64,000 nucleotides of DNA. Source: an uncultured Pseudomonadota bacterium. Its GTDB lineage: Bacteria; Pseudomonadota; Alphaproteobacteria; Rs-D84. The notes under the pieces were generated by a model. That model was not told where the DNA came from. It saw only the letters and a program-made list of their open reading frames with translations, and searched no databases. Positions 58,536 through 64,000 of this stretch are shown piece after piece. The position numbers and the translations under genes are program-made. Location of the stretch: positions 12,197-76,196 of the forward strand of contig CACXVH010000001.1 in NCBI GenBank assembly GCA_902771095.1, read 5' to 3'. How positions within the stretch are numbered: the first letter of the stretch is position 1; every line of letters starts with the position of its first letter.

Positions 58536-59074
58536 TTATCGCTTGATGCCAATGCTTGTGCTTGGGCAAAAAATGTCAAAGATTGCCCCAGCAGACCATC
58601 TGTAAAGGTTGTTGATAATATGCCATCTGTGTCTGTAGCAGACATGTGCTGAAGAAACATATTTGTACGATTAAGGTAATGTGCGACATTGTGCGCTATG
58701 TTTGAATCTAGTTTTATTGCGCGACGCAATTTTTCCAAAACAAAAGGATTTTTTGCGTATTCGTCCATAATCCCACCCAATGCGCGCCAAAGCGGATGTT
58801 CCGAAGTTGTTCGTGGCATTACATCTATGGATGCCATGATTGGAATTAAATCTTGCAAAAGGTCTTGGTAAATTATTTCCGCCTTGTCCGTAGTTTCGTT
58901 GACTGTCGCCTTGCTTTTAAGGATATTCTGCATTTTCACAATCAAATTGTATTGGTGGGTCAAAGTTTTTGTCAATTCGCGTATATTTTTATGCAAATTA
59001 ATAAGTAAAAACAAAGAACTAACTATACATATTGTTGATACGATAAGCATGATTGTTATTGTTATATTTTCCAT
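58532..59074 (-). CDS. Hypothetical membrane-anchored protein upstream of sufB
   Basis: 180 aa, one N-terminal TM helix, soluble helical domain. Overlaps the sufB start by 4 nt (operonic). Confidence 0.35.
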   Translation of the reverse strand: MENITITIMLIVSTICIVSSLFLLINLHKNIRELTKTLTHQYNLIVKMQNILKSKATVNETTDKAEIIYQDLLQDLIPIMASIDVMPRTTSEHPLWRALGGIMDEYAKNPFVLEKLRRAIKLDSNIAHNVAHYLNRTNMFLQHMSATDTDGILSTTFTDGLLGQSLTFFAQAQALASSDK

Positions 59075-59181
59075 TTTTTTCTCCGATTTTCGGTTCTTTT
59101 TTGTCTTAGTATAACATGTTTTGTCGATTCGTGCGATTTTTTATCAAATTATATTTTTTTTAAAATTTGTGTTTTTAACTC

Positions 59182-59210
59182 TTGCACAGATTCGGTCAAA
59201 TTGATATAAT
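59182..59210 (+). promoter_or_regulatory. Sigma70-like promoter of the TcpQ-like/secretin operon
   Basis: TTGCAC-N17-TATAAT, about 30 nt upstream of the 59242 ATG (RBS AAAGGAAAA). Confidence 0.6.
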
Positions 59211-59241
59211 TAAATATAATAATTAAATAAAAGGAAAAAAA

Positions 59242-60129
59242 ATGTCCTGTAAGAATTGTTTTTTTGCTGTGATGGTCGGGTGTTTTTCATGGTCTGCTTT
59301 TGCCGAAATGCCCCAGGTTGTAACTTCTGAGGTTTTTGGTGATTCTCATCAGGAAGTGACAGAATACGTCCAAGAAGATTATGTTGAACCAGTTAGGGAA
59401 GAAGTGCCTGTGTGGCCATTGCCGGGGTCTGAGGCAGATGTTGAAATCGTTTGTGACGAAACAACTGGTTGTGGCGGTGAAGAAAAGATTGTCAACAGGA
59501 TTGGTTCCGGATTGATTATTGAAAACAATATTAATACTGTTGGGACAGGGTGGTCTGGTGGTCCAAATATTTCAAATGGCTATATGATACCCGAAGGTTT
59601 TGACTATGAATGTGCAAATGGTGCGGAAATGCCGTTAATGCGTCGTGAAATGATGGAAGATGATGGTGGTTCTGTGTTGGCTGTATCGCGCAGTGCAAGA
59701 AAAACTTGTGGTATGGCGGCAAATGCAGATTCTTATGCTGTGTTTGCACAACGCGCTGGATTTGCACCGGAAAAAACTTGTAATTCGGTAAACGGTATTG
59801 AAAATGGTGGTGTCGCTACAGAGGTTAGTGTTAACGGTTATATCGAAGAAGAAATCAATGACCCTGTTCAAGACCAGGTTCGTTCGTGGGTCGTTGCAGA
59901 TGGTCAAACATTACGCGAAGTTTTGCAATCTTGGTGTGATAAAGCGGGCTGGGATTTGGTCTGGACAACTGCGCGTGAATACCCGATTGAAGCAAGTGCT
60001 GTGTTCAAAGGCCGTTTTATGGATGTCGCTTCTGCTTTGGTTCGTAATTTTGAACGCGCAACACCAATTCCATATGCAAAATTTTACAAAGGTAATCGTG
60101 TAGTGGTCGTTTCAACTTCGGAAGAATAA
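59242..60129 (+). CDS. Secreted TcpQ/PilL-like protein (type IVb pilus / conjugative-pilus secretin partner family)
   Basis: 295 aa. Signal peptide (SWSAFA|EM). The C-terminal approximately 90 aa (WVVADGQTLREVLQSWCDKAGWDLVWTT ... FKGRFMDVASALV) match the W..G.TLR..L..W....GW.L.W pattern I recall for the TcpQ/PilL family. The N-terminal half is acidic/Gly-rich with Cys. Confidence 0.45.
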   Translation: MSCKNCFFAVMVGCFSWSAFAEMPQVVTSEVFGDSHQEVTEYVQEDYVEPVREEVPVWPLPGSEADVEIVCDETTGCGGEEKIVNRIGSGLIIENNINTVGTGWSGGPNISNGYMIPEGFDYECANGAEMPLMRREMMEDDGGSVLAVSRSARKTCGMAANADSYAVFAQRAGFAPEKTCNSVNGIENGGVATEVSVNGYIEEEINDPVQDQVRSWVVADGQTLREVLQSWCDKAGWDLVWTTAREYPIEASAVFKGRFMDVASALVRNFERATPIPYAKFYKGNRVVVVSTSEE

Positions 60130-60164
60130 ATTGCAGAAATATAGAAAGAGGGAAAGGGGAAAAC

Positions 60165-61796
60165 ATGAAAATGCGTTTAAATATATTCTTGGTTGGGTTG
60201 TTTTTTAGTGTGGTGTTGTCTGGGTGCACATTGCATGAATCAGCCAAAGTGTCCGCAGAAGTGGACCAAAATTTTGTCAACGCGTATGAGGCCTTTGAAA
60301 TGGCAAAAAATCCCCGTGCCAAGGTTTATGATGGTGATACTGTTTCTATGTCCGAAGGTGTTTGGTTGGGTAATAAATCTACACTATTGGAACACAAGAA
60401 TAGTTTGCCATCAAAATTTGAAACAGACACAGGTATTACTATATTGTTAAATGAACCTGTGACTTTACAGGTTTTGGCAAACGACATTAATTCTATTACT
60501 GGTATCCCGGTTAAAATAGACAGTCAGGTTGATAGTGAAAAATTAAGAAAGACCGTTGATGTTGCGTATACTGGAAAACTATCTGGTTTGCTTTCCCAGA
60601 TTGCGACAGATTTAGATTTGTTGTGGTATTATGACAAAGATTCAATCGTGTTTTATGAAACAGAAACAAGAACTTATACATTATATGCGCTGGGAACAGA
60701 TGTGTCTTATCAATCGTCTGTCCAAACAGATAGCGGTAATCAGGTATCATTAGAATCTACATTAAAAGAATGGGACGAAGTAGAAGCGACAATCAATTCT
60801 ATTATAAACAATTCAAAAAATGCTCAATTTACTGTATCGCGCAGTTTGGGAACAATAACCGTAACTGCTTCACCTTCGGTGTTGGCGCGTGTTAGTGATT
60901 ATATTGCGAAACAGAATAAACGACTTTCACAATTGGTAACGATTGATGTAAAAGTGTTACAGGTATCTTTATCTAATGAATCTGCGTTTGGTTTGAATTT
61001 AGCGGCGGCGATAAATTCTGCGTCTGGTTTAAATTTGGTTGCCAATCCAAAGAATAATTTGGCATCCACAGAAACATCTTCTATGAATATCGCGGTTTTG
61101 TCTAATGCAGTATCTGCTTTGACTGGGGCGACACATATTGATGCATCTGGTAATGTTGTCGAAGGTGCTTATACAAATGACCAAATCAATAATGGTTCAA
61201 TGGCACGAATCGCCGGAACAAATGCTTTGATTGAGGCATTGGCAAAGCAGGGTAAGGTGTCTTTGGTGACCAATGTTGGTGTGACAACGCGTAATAATCG
61301 TGTTGCGCCTGTGACGAATACAAAAACTACTGGATATATTAAACGTTTTGAATCGCGAACATTTACGACTGTGGAATCAAGTACAGTTGACCAAGACGAT
61401 TTGGAAACAGGATTTTCGATGCAATTGTTGCCGAATGTTTTGGAAAATGGCAAGATTTTGTTGCTGTTCAAAATGTCTGTGCGTGAATTGTTAAAGATGT
61501 CAACTCAGACAATTGGTGCGGTGACTTTGCAGTTGCCAGAGGTTGAAGAACGTTCGTTCATGCAAGAAGTTATTATGGAGTCCGGTCAGATGTTGGTCGT
61601 GTCTGGATTTGAAAAGCAAAAGAACAACGATACAAGATACGGTTTGGGTGATGCGGACTTTATGGCGTTGTCTGGGTCTCGTGATACGGCGGCTTCGCGT
61701 GAAGTGTTGGTTGTTATCTTGACACCGCAGGTTTTGGTTAGCCCGATGGATGCTGAACGCAGTATCCAACAACACTGGGGTACCCCTTTGAATTAA
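60165..61796 (+). CDS. Lipoprotein secretin (type IVb-pilus-type, PilN/TcpC/BfpB-like)
   Basis: 543 aa. Lipobox VLSGC|T. Central N-domain-like repeats. C-terminal secretin-domain pattern GQMLVVSGFEKQ ... YGLGDADFMALSGSRDTAASREVLVVILTPQVL (compare GG ... vP.LGdIP.lG.LF ... ELliFitP). Confidence 0.6.
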   Translation: MKMRLNIFLVGLFFSVVLSGCTLHESAKVSAEVDQNFVNAYEAFEMAKNPRAKVYDGDTVSMSEGVWLGNKSTLLEHKNSLPSKFETDTGITILLNEPVTLQVLANDINSITGIPVKIDSQVDSEKLRKTVDVAYTGKLSGLLSQIATDLDLLWYYDKDSIVFYETETRTYTLYALGTDVSYQSSVQTDSGNQVSLESTLKEWDEVEATINSIINNSKNAQFTVSRSLGTITVTASPSVLARVSDYIAKQNKRLSQLVTIDVKVLQVSLSNESAFGLNLAAAINSASGLNLVANPKNNLASTETSSMNIAVLSNAVSALTGATHIDASGNVVEGAYTNDQINNGSMARIAGTNALIEALAKQGKVSLVTNVGVTTRNNRVAPVTNTKTTGYIKRFESRTFTTVESSTVDQDDLETGFSMQLLPNVLENGKILLLFKMSVRELLKMSTQTIGAVTLQLPEVEERSFMQEVIMESGQMLVVSGFEKQKNNDTRYGLGDADFMALSGSRDTAASREVLVVILTPQVLVSPMDAERSIQQHWGTPLN

Positions 61797-61812
61797 TATA
61801 TATAATAAGATA

Positions 61813-61845
61813 AAAACACCGCCCGATTGGGCGGTAAATTTTTTT
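61813..61845. terminator. Bidirectional rho-independent terminator
   Basis: ACCGCCC-GATT-GGGCGGT hairpin followed by a T7 run, between the secretin gene and convergent rpsT. It is near-identical to the terminator at 30428..30459. Confidence 0.85.
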
Positions 61846-61855
61846 GCAATTTTAA

Positions 61856-62116
61856 TTATGCGATTTTGGCAACTTTTTTTGCCAAACGGGAAACCTTGCG
61901 TGAAGCTGCTTTCTTTGGCATTGTTTTGCCAGCCGCTTTCATAATTTTGCTTTCCGCAGCGCGCGTTGCAGCAATTGCCGCGGTTTTATCGCCAGATTCA
62001 ATTGCCTTAATCGCTTTTTTTGTTGCCGTCTTCACAGCACTTCTGCGCGCTGTGTTGATTTCGTTCTTTTTGGCCGTAACCAAAATTCTTTTTTTGCATG
62101 ATTTATGATTTGCCAC
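61856..62116 (-). CDS. rpsT: 30S ribosomal protein S20
   Basis: 86 aa. MANHKS.KKR ... helical basic protein matching bS20. Confidence 0.9.
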   Translation of the reverse strand: MANHKSCKKRILVTAKKNEINTARRSAVKTATKKAIKAIESGDKTAAIAATRAAESKIMKAAGKTMPKKAASRKVSRLAKKVAKIA

Positions 62117-62190
62117 TTTTTTTTCCTTTTGTTTTTAAGTGTTTTGGTGCTATTGTATAAAAAACAAATGTAAAATCAAGGAAAAATAAT

Positions 62191-62790
62191 ATGTTATATG
62201 TATTTGCAATCATTATTTCTTATTTATTGGGTTCTGTCCCTTTTGGTTTAATCATCGCAAAGTTGTTTAACAAGGGCGATATCAGAAAAGTTGGTTCTGG
62301 TAATATCGGTGCAACTAATGTTATGCGGGTCGGTGGTTTGCGTCTTGCTGGTTTGGTTTGGTTGCTTGATATGTTCAAGGCGATATTTGCGGTCTTAATC
62401 GGACAATATATTGGTGGTGATGCTTTTTCGGTGTGGTGTGGTTTTTTTGCGATAATTGGGCATTGCTTTCCGATTTGGTTGGGCTTTCATGGGGGCAAAG
62501 GTGTATCTGCGCTTTTTGGTGTGTTGATGGCGGTGAATCCGATTCTTTTTATTATATGTGGCGTTGAATGGTTAATTGTGGCTTTGTCCACAGGTTTTTC
62601 TTCGGCGGGTGCATTGGTTGTTTTTTGTATAATGCCTGTGCTCGGATTTTTCATAAGTTTCGGTGTAGGAATTGGATTTTTGGCGATATCTTTGCTTTGC
62701 GCTTGGCGGCTAATCTTTTTTTGTATTTATAATTTGTTTTTAACTCTATTTTGTGGTATAATGTGTATCATAAAGAGGAATGTAGTATGA
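62191..62790 (+). CDS. plsY: Glycerol-3-phosphate acyltransferase PlsY
   Basis: 199 aa. GSGNIGATN motif, HxFP ... GGKG motif (HCFPIWLGFHGGKGV), 5 TM helices. Confidence 0.85.
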   Translation: MLYVFAIIISYLLGSVPFGLIIAKLFNKGDIRKVGSGNIGATNVMRVGGLRLAGLVWLLDMFKAIFAVLIGQYIGGDAFSVWCGFFAIIGHCFPIWLGFHGGKGVSALFGVLMAVNPILFIICGVEWLIVALSTGFSSAGALVVFCIMPVLGFFISFGVGIGFLAISLLCAWRLIFFCIYNLFLTLFCGIMCIIKRNVV

Positions 62791-63548
62791 AATATTTTGT
62801 TTCTTTTGTCGTTTTGTCTATGTTGGTTTCTGGGGTAAATGCTGCCCAAAATGCCCGTCCGACAATGGTTGGAAAGATGGTGACAACAGCACCACGTTAT
62901 ACTGCTTCTGTGAACCAGTTGAATGGTGTCGGTATTAATCCATCAAATATTAATTCTGTGGCAGTAGAAACAGAGGTCGATAGACGCGAAGCAGAAAGAA
63001 ATGCGTGTATAAACAACAATATCGGTGTTGGGAATACTTTCGTCTGGGCATCCAAGTACAGTGATGTTTCTAATTATGCCAGTATGAACGAAGATGTTAA
63101 AAATCCAGAAAATAATGTTTGTTTTGTCCGTGTGGAATTAAAATCTGATGATGCAAAAATATCTGTGTCTGATGTTCCTGCAAAGTATTTTATGTGGGGC
63201 GAGAACATAGAATGCGGTTCTTGGGCAAATGAAAAAGATATGGAAAAAAGAATCTTGGATGCCAAAAAAGGTGCCCGTATTGGCGGTATAGTTGCTAGTA
63301 CCGTTGGTGGTGCTGGTCTTGGTGTTGGTATTATGGAAGCATTCGGAAATAGATTGATTGATGGCAAAGTCATGGGACAAAAATCATTAACCCCAACGGA
63401 ATTATACAGATCTCAATTGTTGGTATATAAAAATAAGAATAAATCAGAATATGACAGAATTTGTAACGCATTAAAGGTATTGGATAATAATAATGACACG
63501 ACTGTCAAAGGGGTTGATGTGAAAAGTTTAATAAGCGAATGTCGTTAA
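62787..63548 (+). CDS. Secreted Cys-containing protein, paralog of the C-terminal module of the 1061-aa protein
   Basis: 252 aa from the internal ATG (RBS AAAGAGGAA). Signal peptide. Blocks CINNNIGVGNTFVW, VCFVRVELKSDDAKISV and YFMWGENIECGSWANEKDMEKRIL, followed by a glycine-zipper segment (GGIVASTVGGAGLGVGIMEAFG). These align with residues approximately 730-880 of the 14204..17389 product. Confidence 0.5.
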   Translation: MKYFVSFVVLSMLVSGVNAAQNARPTMVGKMVTTAPRYTASVNQLNGVGINPSNINSVAVETEVDRREAERNACINNNIGVGNTFVWASKYSDVSNYASMNEDVKNPENNVCFVRVELKSDDAKISVSDVPAKYFMWGENIECGSWANEKDMEKRILDAKKGARIGGIVASTVGGAGLGVGIMEAFGNRLIDGKVMGQKSLTPTELYRSQLLVYKNKNKSEYDRICNALKVLDNNNDTTVKGVDVKSLISECR

Positions 63549-63574
63549 ATACTAATTAAAAAAAGGAATAAAAA

Positions 63575-64000
63575 ATGAAAAAGTTTTTAATTTTTGCTTT
63601 GTTGATTTTACCAGTGGCATCTTTTGGTGCTTCATCGGTTCGTGTTTTGGGAAGTGGTGCTGCAACACCAGCGGCTGGGGCGAAAACCACAACCACCAGT
63701 GCGGCAAAGGTTACCCCTGCAAAAGTGACGGCGGCGAAACCATCGGCTGCATCAACTGCATCAACTGCTACGACTTCGCGTATCGGAACAATTCGTGTAA
63801 AACCAAAGACGTCAACTGGAACAATATCGGCTGGGACATCTGGCGGGACAACCAGCACGGGTTCAAGATTTCCTGTGATTACGCCTGCACATTCTTACAA
63901 GGTTGTTAATACACAACAGGCGGCGGGTAATACTGGTGGCAGTAGTGGCGGAACACAAGTTGTTGGTGTAGATGATGACCCGCGTTTCGACATGATACAC
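63575..64000 (+). CDS. Secreted Ala/Thr/Gly-rich low-complexity protein (5' partial in window)
   Basis: ATG at 63575 after RBS AAGGAAT. Signal peptide MKKFLIFALLILPVASFG|AS. Reiterated AAKVTPAKVTAAKPSAAST-type low-complexity sequence. Runs off the window end. Confidence 0.45.
   Translation, partial: MKKFLIFALLILPVASFGASSVRVLGSGAATPAAGAKTTTTSAAKVTPAKVTAAKPSAASTASTATTSRIGTIRVKPKTSTGTISAGTSGGTTSTGSRFPVITPAHSYKVVNTQQAAGNTGGSSGGTQVVGVDDDPRFDMIH

Overview
This 64 kb window is an AT-rich chromosomal region (I estimate under 40% GC by eye) from a Gram-negative bacterium. Envelope genes present include lpxD, an LptF/G-type permease, lolA, tatABC and outer-membrane barrels. The gene content suggests a reduced, probably host-associated genome: no glnS in the window but a complete gatCAB set, ftsL-ftsI detached from the rest of the dcw cluster, and suf genes split between two loci. 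Most of the window is tightly packed housekeeping genes. These include gltX, der, rsmE, a pseudouridine synthase, thrS, tatA, lpxD, xerD, greA, mutL, yajC-secD-secF, a C-terminal processing protease, dksA, trxA, sufS-sufT-sufE, ftsL-ftsI, recJ, nrnA, lolA, tatB-tatC, an nlpD-like LysM/M23 peptidase, a P-type Ca-ATPase, tatD, tcdA, miaB, gatC/gatA/gatB, ruvX, sufC-sufB, rpsT and plsY. There are two tRNA genes that both encode their CCA end (Lys-CUU and Phe-GAA), several clean rho-independent terminators and three near-consensus sigma70 promoters.

The accessory or unusual content is as follows:
- An intact VirD4/TraG-type type IV coupling protein sits in a three-gene operon with two lipoproteins, with no other type IV secretion system (T4SS) genes nearby.
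- A self-contained two-gene operon (own promoter and terminator) encodes a TcpQ/PilL-like protein plus a lipoprotein secretin of the type IVb-pilus kind (PilN/TcpC/BfpB-like). No pilus, type II secretion or T4SS assembly genes accompany it. I consider this the best candidate for an undescribed system.
- A 665 bp GC-rich cassette of short G/C hairpins and an approximately 60 bp direct repeat brackets a DUF559 endonuclease gene.
- A perfect (AC)12 microsatellite lies between the start codon and the signal-peptide region of a secreted Cys-rich protein (GYTFKGW, Listeria-Bacteroides-type repeat). It is a candidate phase-variation switch.
- A 1061-aa cysteine-rich protein has internal tandem repeats and a C-terminal glycine-zipper anchor. 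A 252-aa paralog of its C-terminal module lies 46 kb away.
- The 3' end of tRNA-Lys plus its terminator is duplicated 177 bp downstream of the tRNA, resembling an attL/attR-type integration scar.
- The gatCAB locus is interrupted by an extra small gene and an opposite-strand tRNA-Phe, and is followed by two small paralogous ORFs.

I found no rRNA genes, CRISPR arrays, transposases or integrases. All protein calls rest on motifs read by eye from the translations, since I could not run searches.
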